This document shows positions 18,960 to 26,505 of a stretch of 64,000 bases of DNA, in pieces. Position 1 is the stretch's first letter. The number at the start of each line of letters is the position of its first letter. The position numbers and the translations under genes are program-made. Origin of the DNA: a virus (lineage: Duplodnaviria; Caudoviricetes); IMG/VR virus record IMGVR_UViG_3300049009_000811, positions 51,720 through 115,719 of that record. One strand, written 5' to 3'. Below the pieces are notes generated by a model. It did not search any database. It was given only the letters and a program-made list of their open reading frames with translations, and was not told the DNA's origin.

Positions 18960-19547
18960 ATGAAAGCTTTGACATTAACATTGGCGGTGGCGGTCGCGTC
19001 CATCCTCTACCTTGGGGTTTCTCCCAAGCTCGAGGCTGGCTGAAACGACGACAACGGTTTCGTTGTCGTTCCCCCGCCGGTCGGCGGATACGGCAATCTT
19101 GACGGCTTGGACACGAGAGACAGGCTTCGTCTGGAGGACGACTACAAGTACATGGTCTACCTCGCCAGGCAACTGGTCACGATGGACCAGACCATGTTCG
19201 AGGCGGCGCTGAACAGGAGCGACAGGCGCGTCAAGTCAGCGGCTCTGGCTATAGCTCACAAGTACGAGGAGAAGTACCTCGAAGACCTTATCTCCAACAT
19301 CGACTCGGACGAGCTTCTGGTCAGCCAGGCTGCCAGATACAGCCTAATACAGATAAGCAACCTTTACTTGGGAGGCAAGAACTTCGTCGACTTCGGTCCC
19401 ATGATCACGCACGACAGGGACACCAAGAGTTCCATAGCTTTCCTGTGGAAGGCTTGGTTCGGCAAGGCTGTGAAGGAAGGGAAAAAATGCAAGGGTTCAC
19501 AGACGATCCAGAAGTCGACCGCGAAAACCCCGACGCAGAAGAAGTGA
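18960..19547 (+). pseudogene. exported HEAT-like helical protein interrupted by an in-frame TGA (19041-19043); readthrough or nonsense allele
   Basis: Signal peptide ORF and the downstream 19107..19547 ORF share one frame, separated only by TGA. Confidence 0.6.
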
Positions 19548-19753
19548 CATTGAAGTCGGATGAAATAGGAAGTGACGAGCGTGTGTGCTGCAACTGCAAG
19601 CATTTACTCTGGGGAATAGCTCTCGGGATCGGCTTGCGATGCACAGAACCGAAGAACCACGATAGGTCTTCGGGAAACATGCCACCGATGGTGCCAAGCA
19701 GGAGGCACACCTGTGCCGGATTCGAGTTTCGCCATCCGCCTAGCAAAGATTGA
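19544..19753 (+). CDS. small Cys-rich protein
   Basis: GTGA overlap; CCNCKH...C...HTC. Confidence 0.6.
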   Translation: MTLKSDEIGSDERVCCNCKHLLWGIALGIGLRCTEPKNHDRSSGNMPPMVPSRRHTCAGFEFRHPPSKD

Positions 19754-20083
19754 TCATCGGCTACTGGTCCCGTGCCATGAGTTGATCCTCTGACCTATCC
19801 ACCTCATGACGTTGGTAGCCATCGAGTTGCCGATAGCCTTGTACCTCGGACTGTCTGGGCAGACCTCGGATGGCTTGCCCCTATAGGGTATCTGAGTCCA
19901 GTTGTCCGGGAATCCCTGCAGCCTCTCGCATTCCACTGCCGTAAGGTGTCTCACTTTACCGCCTGCGGCGATGTGCATCCTAGGCAGGGAATCCTTCCCT
20001 CCACTGGCACCGTGGTGCTTGTAGAAGCAAGAGGTTATGGTGTCGGAGATATTCTGGAATACCACCTGCTCGATTTCAATCAT
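19754..20083 (-). CDS. free-standing C5 MTase C-terminal module (1 TRD + IX/X)
   Basis: ISDTITSC TRD; RHLTAVECERLQGFPDNWT; RYKAIGNSMA; ATGA overlap and SD GAAGGA. Confidence 0.85.
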   Translation of the reverse strand: MIEIEQVVFQNISDTITSCFYKHHGASGGKDSLPRMHIAAGGKVRHLTAVECERLQGFPDNWTQIPYRGKPSEVCPDSPRYKAIGNSMATNVMRWIGQRINSWHGTSSR

Positions 20084-20616
20084 AAATCCTTCTTTTCGCA
20101 AAAAGTTGGATTGCGTAGTTCCTGATCCTTCCTCAAGATCCTCTGACCTATCCACCGCATGACGTTGACAGCCATCGAGTTTCCCAGAGCCTTGTACCTC
20201 GGACCGTCGGGGCATTTGTCTTCCGGCTTGTTCCTGTACGGCACAAGAGTCCAGTTGTCCGGGAATCCCTGCAACCTCTCGCATTCGGTCGTGGTCATCC
20301 TCCTGATGTACATTTCGGTCACGGTCGATTCCAGTTTCACTGCGACCACGGACTGGTCGGCGTTGTGACCAGGGCTGTTCGTCTGACCGCCGCCACGGCT
20401 CGATCTTCCCATTAGCGTAGCCGAGACCTCTGGAGTGTAGACGAATTCCTGTTTCACCACCGCCACTCCAGGGATCACCGCGGTCCTGAGCGTGAATGCC
20501 GGTTCTCCCTCTTTTCCCCATCCGGCGGTCTGCTTCCTGGTCGGAGAAAGTGAGCAAAGGTCCATCGGGTCTTTCAGCGGAACGCAGGAGACGCTGTCTT
20601 TCTTCTTGTCAATCAT
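20080..20616 (-). CDS. free-standing C5 MTase C-terminal module (2 TRDs + IX/X)
   Basis: PAFTLRT and VSATLMG TRDs; RRMTTTECERLQGFP; RYKALGNSMA; ATGA overlap with the upstream MTase. Confidence 0.85.
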   Translation of the reverse strand: MIDKKKDSVSCVPLKDPMDLCSLSPTRKQTAGWGKEGEPAFTLRTAVIPGVAVVKQEFVYTPEVSATLMGRSSRGGGQTNSPGHNADQSVVAVKLESTVTEMYIRRMTTTECERLQGFPDNWTLVPYRNKPEDKCPDGPRYKALGNSMAVNVMRWIGQRILRKDQELRNPTFCEKKDL

Positions 20617-22571
20617 ATTTGACCGCCATCCTTCATCGCCACCCTCTGACCTATCCACCGCATGACGTTGGTAGCCATCGAGTTGCCTAAAGACTTGTAC
20701 CTCGGACCGTCGGGGCATTTGTCCGCGTCCTTCTTCCTGTACGGTATCTTGGTCCACAAGTCCGGGAAGCCCTGCAGCCTCTCGCACTCTATCGGGGTCA
20801 ACCTCCGCACCACCATGTGCTGGAACACCATCCCGACATGGTCGCCGTCCGACCTGCTGGCGCGTATCGTCTGCGAGGTGTCGCTTACCGTCTGGCTGTA
20901 GCCGTCGAAAGCGAGAACGTCTTGCTCCTGCTCGAGCAACACCATTCCCATCTTGTCGCAGTCCGACCCGGTACGGATCGTCTGGGAGGTCGTGGACAGA
21001 GTCTGATTGTATCCGTCGAACGCCATGGCTTCTTGCTTCTGCTCGAGAATGTAGTTGGTCTGCTTAGCCCCGGACTCCGCAGCCAGAGCCCCGGCTATCT
21101 GCCCGTCGCCTGATATGAACCTCACCTCGTCACGGGTGTTCTGCTGGAACGCGGATTTGATGACATGGCTTGGTCTGCTGGGTCGGTTCTCTCCCTCGGC
21201 TCGAAGCGTTCCGGAGACCTCGTCCTTCACCCAGTAACCGTGACCAGATTCCCGCATGCACTCCGACTCTACCACGTAAGCCTGCGCGCACGGAGCCCCG
21301 CTCAGTTCGGGAGTGGAAACCTGGATCGCTTCGGCGCTTGTCGTGGCTATGATGTGTCCGTTCATGATCGACTGGTGGGTCAGCTTGCCCCCGCCGCACT
21401 GCGTGTCCAGGCACCCGGCTGTCTCCGGGATCTGGTGCTTGACGAAAAGGCTACCGTTGTCGGCGCTGGCGTTTCCGTTCCATTTCGTGCCGTACGCTGC
21501 GGTGAGGCAGTCAGCCGTCTCCCTGAAAGGTACTGGCTTGCCTTGGCTGTTGGAATCCGCTATCGCCGGCGGGTGAGCCCCCGAAGCGAGAGGGTGGCAA
21601 GGGTCGCCCGGCTTAGGGTTGCTGTAGTTGGACGCGCTGGTTATCTGCGTGGTGTCGAACGGCAGGACGCCGTTCTCATCCTTGCTGGTCGACGAGTAGT
21701 CCTGGACCGACCTCTTCGGCGGCGAGTCTAATCTTTTTTTTTGAGGCACAGCCTGTATGTAGCCGGCGTCCACGCCCTGGTTGCAAGCGAAATTGCCGGC
21801 GTCATGTCCGTTCGGACCGGTGTTGCATGCCAGAGTACCGACCGTCTCGGACCTGCTCGGCGGGGAATCTATTCTGGGTCTTTCGTCTCTGGATCTTTCG
21901 TCGAGACTTCCCGAAGAGCCGACTCCAGAGTCGGAGGGAGCTTCTTGCCCCTGCGCTCCGCCCTCGACAGTATCCCCCTGCACGCTCGCCCACTCAAAAA
22001 GAATCTCTGCGGGATCTGCCCCGTCTCTAGGACAGCTGACAACGAACACACGCTTGCGCCGTTGTGCCAGGTTGAAATATTGGGCATCGAGGCATCGCCA
22101 CGCGATTGCTCTTTTGGGTCCATACACACAACCAGAGTCCTTCCATTTTCCCCCTGGCGGTCGAATTTCACAATCTTCGCCGGCAAGCGCTCCCAGAAAG
22201 CATCCGAATGCGTTGTCCTTTGAGCTGAGTACCCCTGGCACGTTTTCCCAGATGATGTACTTTGGGTTGAACTTGTCTGCGATCTGCACGAAGGTGATTG
22301 AGAGGCTTCCTCGTGCGTCCTCGAGTCCGCGCCGCAGTCCTGCGACTGAGAAGGCTTGGCATGGAGTTCCTCCGACGAGGATGTCGACGTCTCCGATATT
22401 CCAGTTTCTGTATTCATTCATGTCTCCTAGGTTTGGAACGTTTGGGAATCTGTGGGCTAGAACCGCGGCGGGGAAGGCGTCTATCTCGGAGAAAGCAACT
22501 GGCTCCCAACCGAAATCGTGCCAGGCTACGCTGGCTGCCTCTATGCCCGAACAAACTGACAAATACTTCAT
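20613..22571 (-). CDS. dcm: DNA (cytosine-5) methyltransferase with long multi-TRD region
   Basis: Motif I SVCSGIEA, IV GGTPCQAFS, VI ENVPG, VIII QRRKRVFVV, IX RRLTPIECERLQGFP, X RYKSLGNS. Confidence 0.95.
   Translation of the reverse strand: MKYLSVCSGIEAASVAWHDFGWEPVAFSEIDAFPAAVLAHRFPNVPNLGDMNEYRNWNIGDVDILVGGTPCQAFSVAGLRRGLEDARGSLSITFVQIADKFNPKYIIWENVPGVLSSKDNAFGCFLGALAGEDCEIRPPGGKWKDSGCVYGPKRAIAWRCLDAQYFNLAQRRKRVFVVSCPRDGADPAEILFEWASVQGDTVEGGAQGQEAPSDSGVGSSGSLDERSRDERPRIDSPPSRSETVGTLACNTGPNGHDAGNFACNQGVDAGYIQAVPQKKRLDSPPKRSVQDYSSTSKDENGVLPFDTTQITSASNYSNPKPGDPCHPLASGAHPPAIADSNSQGKPVPFRETADCLTAAYGTKWNGNASADNGSLFVKHQIPETAGCLDTQCGGGKLTHQSIMNGHIIATTSAEAIQVSTPELSGAPCAQAYVVESECMRESGHGYWVKDEVSGTLRAEGENRPSRPSHVIKSAFQQNTRDEVRFISGDGQIAGALAAESGAKQTNYILEQKQEAMAFDGYNQTLSTTSQTIRTGSDCDKMGMVLLEQEQDVLAFDGYSQTVSDTSQTIRASRSDGDHVGMVFQHMVVRRLTPIECERLQGFPDLWTKIPYRKKDADKCPDGPRYKSLGNSMATNVMRWIGQRVAMKDGGQI
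21869..22417 (-). CDS. nested alternative-frame MTase beta subunit (M.EcoHK31I-beta-like)
   Basis: SD AGGAGA 5 nt before ATG; C-terminus CSLSAVLETGQIPQRFFLSGRACRGILSRAERRGKKLP conserved with the paralogue. Confidence 0.75.
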   Translation of the reverse strand: MNTETGISETSTSSSEELHAKPSQSQDCGADSRTHEEASQSPSCRSQTSSTQSTSSGKTCQGYSAQRTTHSDAFWERLPAKIVKFDRQGENGRTLVVCMDPKEQSRGDASMPNISTWHNGASVCSLSAVLETGQIPQRFFLSGRACRGILSRAERRGKKLPPTLESALREVSTKDPETKDPE

Positions 22572-22584
22572 CGCGAATCTCCTT

Positions 22585-23922
22585 TTATTTTTCCGACTCG
22601 ACCCGCTCGCCTATCCAGCGCATCACGTTTACGCACATGGAGTTGCCGATAGCCTTGTACCTCGGACCGTCTGGGCATGCCTCGGCTGGCTTGCCCCTGT
22701 ATGGTATCTGAGTCCAGTTGTCCGGGAATCCCTGCAGCCTCTCGCACTCTATGGGAGTGAGCTTCCTCACGATCATGGAGTGGTGGAGAGACATCTGGTT
22801 GTCGCCGGGTTCCTTCCTCAGCGTGCCGCATATGTCCTCCCAGTAGTAGCCACCCATCCTGGACATTGCTCCCGGCTCGAAGGTCGCCGGATGCATCACG
22901 AGGCTTCCGCCCTGGTTCTTGCTCGGGTCCGGCACCGAAGTGTCAAGGGTCTTTATCGTTTCCACTTCCCTGCAGCCGCTGTGCGGGTTGCTTGATTTCA
23001 TCGAGTTGCTCGATTTTGAGTCGAACGAGTACACGACCGCGGGCTGCGCGACCCCGTGCACGCAGGCTGAGGTTATGGTGTTGGATGGGTCGCCCTCGGA
23101 GCCTACGCCGAGACCCTGCCTGTTCATCGCGTCCATCTTTTTCGGGTCTCGGCAGGCGTTGCGGAGGTCGAGGGGTATGGCTTGGACAGCCACGTGCCTC
23201 TGCTTGCTGCCCTGGAGGGCATCAAGCGTGTTCGTGACATCGGTCTCGACATAGCAGCCGCCGGTGTCGCCGAAATTCTGGGGCTTGTACAGGGTCACTC
23301 CGTCTTGTTCGCAACCGCCTCCAGAGCGTTCTTGAGCTTCTCTGGAAGCTGCTTTTTTCTTTCCTCTGCTCTTCGCAGTATCCCTAGACACGCTTTCTGA
23401 CTTAAAAAGTACTTTTGCTGCACGTTCCTGGTCTCCAAGACACCCAACAACGAACACCCTTCGTCTCCGTTGCGGAACTCCGAACCCCGAAGCGTCCAGG
23501 ACCCTATATGCCCACCCGTACCCCAGTTCCCCCAGCCCCCCGAGGAAGGTTCCAAAATCCCTTCCTCCGTGGCTTGAAAGCACCCCGGGGACATTTTCCC
23601 AGACAATCCATCTAGGTTTTCTACTTCTAGCGATCTCAAGAAATCTGAGCATGAGACCGCCCCTTGGGTCGCTGAGCCCTTTTCGCAGTCCCGCGACTGA
23701 GAAGCTCTGGCATGGGGTTCCTCCGACGAGCAGGTCGATTGGATCGATGTCCCATCGTTCATGTTCATTCATGTCTCCTAGGTTTGGTACGTTCGGGAAT
23801 CTTGTCTTGAGAATCTCGCAAGGGAATTTCTCTATCTCTGAGAAGGCTACTGCTTCCCAGCCCATGTGGTGCCAAGCCGAGGTCGCGGCTTCTATGCCGG
23901 AACAGACCGATAGGTATTTCAT
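22585..23922 (-). CDS. dcm: DNA (cytosine-5) methyltransferase, multi-TRD
   Basis: All C5-MTase motifs (GGTPCQSFS, ENVPG, QRRRRVF, ECERLQGFP, KAIGNS). Confidence 0.95.
   Translation of the reverse strand: MKYLSVCSGIEAATSAWHHMGWEAVAFSEIEKFPCEILKTRFPNVPNLGDMNEHERWDIDPIDLLVGGTPCQSFSVAGLRKGLSDPRGGLMLRFLEIARSRKPRWIVWENVPGVLSSHGGRDFGTFLGGLGELGYGWAYRVLDASGFGVPQRRRRVFVVGCLGDQERAAKVLFKSESVSRDTAKSRGKKKAASREAQERSGGGCEQDGVTLYKPQNFGDTGGCYVETDVTNTLDALQGSKQRHVAVQAIPLDLRNACRDPKKMDAMNRQGLGVGSEGDPSNTITSACVHGVAQPAVVYSFDSKSSNSMKSSNPHSGCREVETIKTLDTSVPDPSKNQGGSLVMHPATFEPGAMSRMGGYYWEDICGTLRKEPGDNQMSLHHSMIVRKLTPIECERLQGFPDNWTQIPYRGKPAEACPDGPRYKAIGNSMCVNVMRWIGERVESEK
23295..23768 (-). CDS. nested alternative-frame MTase beta subunit (M.EcoHK31I-beta-like)
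   Basis: Same AGGAGACATGAATG start context; CSLLGVLETRNVQQKYFLSQKACLGILRRAEERKKQLP. Confidence 0.75.
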   Translation of the reverse strand: MNMNDGTSIQSTCSSEEPHARASQSRDCEKGSATQGAVSCSDFLRSLEVENLDGLSGKMSPGCFQATEEGILEPSSGGWGNWGTGGHIGSWTLRGSEFRNGDEGCSLLGVLETRNVQQKYFLSQKACLGILRRAEERKKQLPEKLKNALEAVANKTE

Positions 23923-24009
23923 GGGGTCGCCTTTCCGCTTCTGGCATAGAAACTATCATCTTGCCGATTAAGGAGTATAAGCGATAAACAATTAAAAATA
24001 AATAGATCT

Positions 24010-25476
24010 TCAGGAACCAATGTTGTCCAGGAACCTTTTTGTGGACAAAAGCCTTCTGGTCCGCTCGAAATCATCGCCTTTGGGGCTGTGACCGAGCATG
24101 TTGACATACGCGGGGTTGACCTTCTTGCCGAAGACGGTGTCGACGTAGGGGCTCAAATCGGAGTCGTCATGGCTGAGGAACGAGCCCATCTGCGGACCGT
24201 CGAACCTGCCCATCTTCATCCAGTCCTTGATCTTGCCCTTCGTGAGTCCCGTCTTGGCGCTCTTGAGGTCATAGAACATGGACGGGTCGAAGTTGCTTTT
24301 GGACCACTTGTAGAGGCTCACGAGGTGGGCTATGTCGCCAGCCTCCTGCTTCGACCATCCGTTGCCGACAAGCATGTCCTTGAGCTCCTCGGAATCCTTG
24401 TCCTTGGTCAGCCAAGCCGTGGTCAGCCACCTGTCGCCCTTCATGTTGGTCGGCAGATCTTCCAGAGAGTAGTCCGGCATGATGTTGCGGAGCAGACCGA
24501 GGCTGTCCATGAGCCTAAGGTATTTCCTGGAATCTATGTCCGGGTCTTCGATGCTCCCGAAGAACTCCTTCTTGGCGTAGTCCTTGGAAAGGTCTCCAAT
24601 CCTCTCGTTCCCCTTTATGGCGCTGGCGTATTTCTTGGCGACGTCGTCGGGATTGCCGTATTTCGAAAGCATCCTAGCGTACCGCATGGCGGTGCCCGGG
24701 TCTTCCTCTATCCTCGACTTGAAGTCGTCGTTGACGCTTACTATCTGGCTGTTCTTGAGGTGGTGCGCGCCGCCGTACGGGTCTATTAGGTCGGAGTTGT
24801 CGCCGTCGCTGTTGGTCAGCGGTATGTACATGGAGTTTATGGTGAAGTCCCTGTTGCTCGCGTCGTCCTCGAGTGATCCGGTAGCCTCGAAGGAATCGAG
24901 GTCGACCAGCTTGCTCTTGGATGACTTGGACATCGTGGAAAGCTCGAACTTCTCCCCGTTTATGACGATCGTGAATTCCGACTCCTTTCCGCCCTTGTCC
25001 CACCTGGAGGCGTAGAAGTACTTGTTCCTGTTGCTTTCCTTGAGGAGTTTCGCGTATTTCTCGGACGAAGCCTTGCTTTCGTTCTTCGGCTTTATCTCGA
25101 CGAACGAGTTTTCCGGGTGGCTCAGGATCATCCTTATCTCGCTGGCGGTGGCGTCGGTGACGAGGTTGTAGTTCTTCTGCGTCTTGTTCTTGAGGTGGTC
25201 CCTGACCGAGCCTCCGGACAGGTAAAGCGACTTCCTCTTGAGGGTCGGCTCAACCTCGCCCTTGCTTTTCTCTATGGTCGTGTACCCTATGCCCGTTTTG
25301 TCGCTGTTGTCGAAAGACTTCATGAGGATGCGGAGGTTAGCCCTGTTGCCCTTGGAGACGTTGAACGGCATGTAGTCGCTGTCCTTGCTCAGCCTGACCT
25401 TGGACATGACCGTGTTGTTCGGCTTTGTCTCGTTTTGTTCCCTGAATGCCATGAAACGTGAAAATTTGTTTTTCAT
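24010..25476 (-). CDS. CCA-adding/poly(A) polymerase-family nucleotidyltransferase homologue, catalytically degenerate
   Basis: LYLSGGSVRD, RDFTINSMY, IDPYGG..HL present; DxD reads NYN. Confidence 0.85.
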   Translation of the reverse strand: MKNKFSRFMAFREQNETKPNNTVMSKVRLSKDSDYMPFNVSKGNRANLRILMKSFDNSDKTGIGYTTIEKSKGEVEPTLKRKSLYLSGGSVRDHLKNKTQKNYNLVTDATASEIRMILSHPENSFVEIKPKNESKASSEKYAKLLKESNRNKYFYASRWDKGGKESEFTIVINGEKFELSTMSKSSKSKLVDLDSFEATGSLEDDASNRDFTINSMYIPLTNSDGDNSDLIDPYGGAHHLKNSQIVSVNDDFKSRIEEDPGTAMRYARMLSKYGNPDDVAKKYASAIKGNERIGDLSKDYAKKEFFGSIEDPDIDSRKYLRLMDSLGLLRNIMPDYSLEDLPTNMKGDRWLTTAWLTKDKDSEELKDMLVGNGWSKQEAGDIAHLVSLYKWSKSNFDPSMFYDLKSAKTGLTKGKIKDWMKMGRFDGPQMGSFLSHDDSDLSPYVDTVFGKKVNPAYVNMLGHSPKGDDFERTRRLLSTKRFLDNIGS

Positions 25477-25543
25477 TTGATTCCCCAAAAGTAAAAATAC
25501 AAGATTATTTATCTTCCCTGACTCGATTTTTGAAACAAGAATG

Positions 25544-25942
25544 TCAGTTTTGTCCTAGCTTGTACGCCGCGTAGGTAGATATGAAAGTAAGAACTATCTT
25601 GAAAATCCAGTCGACGGTCTTTGACCACTTGTCGGAATGGTTCGACAGGGACAGGTCGAGGTTCGAAGTCCTGATGTCGAGTTCGTGCATTTTCGCCCGT
25701 ATAGCCTCTATGTCGTCGGAGTGGATCGTCGTCTCCATCGACGCGACCCTCTGTAGTATCGACCTTATGTCTTCGGACACCAGATCCAGGTTGTTCTTGT
25801 ACTCGTCGTCCTTCTCGTAGAGGATCTTTATCCTTTCGTCTATCCTCGACACCATGTTGATGACGGACTCTATGGAGTCGCGGATGTTCTTGTCGACTAT
25901 GTCGACCTCTATCTGCCTGGAGTTGCTCTTTTGTTGTGTCAT
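25544..25942 (-). CDS. coiled-coil protein with C-terminal TM helix (XhlA/holin-like)
   Basis: Heptad pattern, RIDER, terminal hydrophobic helix. Confidence 0.6.
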   Translation of the reverse strand: MTQQKSNSRQIEVDIVDKNIRDSIESVINMVSRIDERIKILYEKDDEYKNNLDLVSEDIRSILQRVASMETTIHSDDIEAIRAKMHELDIRTSNLDLSLSNHSDKWSKTVDWIFKIVLTFISTYAAYKLGQN

Positions 25943-25980
25943 AGGTTTCAGATTTCTCGTGTTCCGAGCTTATATATTAC

Positions 25981-26505
25981 ATGAACAGCGGAGACCTTAT
26001 TGAAGAAATGAAAAAAACGGAAGAATTTTCCACGATCGAGATAATCGACAGTGTCGGAGACGAACTACGCGACATACAGAGCGTCCTCCCTAACATGAAC
26101 TCCAAGGTCGTCGACCAGTCGATCGAGCCCCAGGAGAACAGCATAATATCGGACGAGGAGATAACCGGCATATACGCCGACATACTCGGTCTGATAAAGG
26201 AAGACAGGCAGCAGGTAAGCGGCTTCATAGACACCATGGCGGAGATGGTCATAAACGACGGCGACGCGACCACCTCAAGCAAGGAGGCTCTCGTGAACCT
26301 CATAAAGATAAAGGTGGACATGACAGACAAGATGTCCAAGGTAGCCGACATGATGACAAGGGTCAAACTCAAGGAAAAGGACACTTTCCCGAAATACTTG
26401 GCGACAAACCAGAACAACACGATCAACATCAACGAGTCCGGATCAAGAAGGAACCTCATAGAGGCTATAAACAAGGCGAAGAACAACAAGGAAAAAAATG
26501 TATAA
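25981..26505 (+). CDS. hypothetical protein, possibly T4 gp16-like small terminase
   Basis: Helical core L.NLIK...D.TDKM and C-terminal NQNNTINI..GS..L resemble gp16 architecture. Confidence 0.4.
   Translation: MNSGDLIEEMKKTEEFSTIEIIDSVGDELRDIQSVLPNMNSKVVDQSIEPQENSIISDEEITGIYADILGLIKEDRQQVSGFIDTMAEMVINDGDATTSSKEALVNLIKIKVDMTDKMSKVADMMTRVKLKEKDTFPKYLATNQNNTININESGSRRNLIEAINKAKNNKEKNV

Noticed and set aside
19754-20787. ORF-track starts at 20787 and 20557 suggesting frameshifted MTase fusions
   Set aside because: Better starts at 20616 and 20083 form ATGA overlaps; the upstream extensions are off-frame read-through of the preceding motif IX/X DNA.
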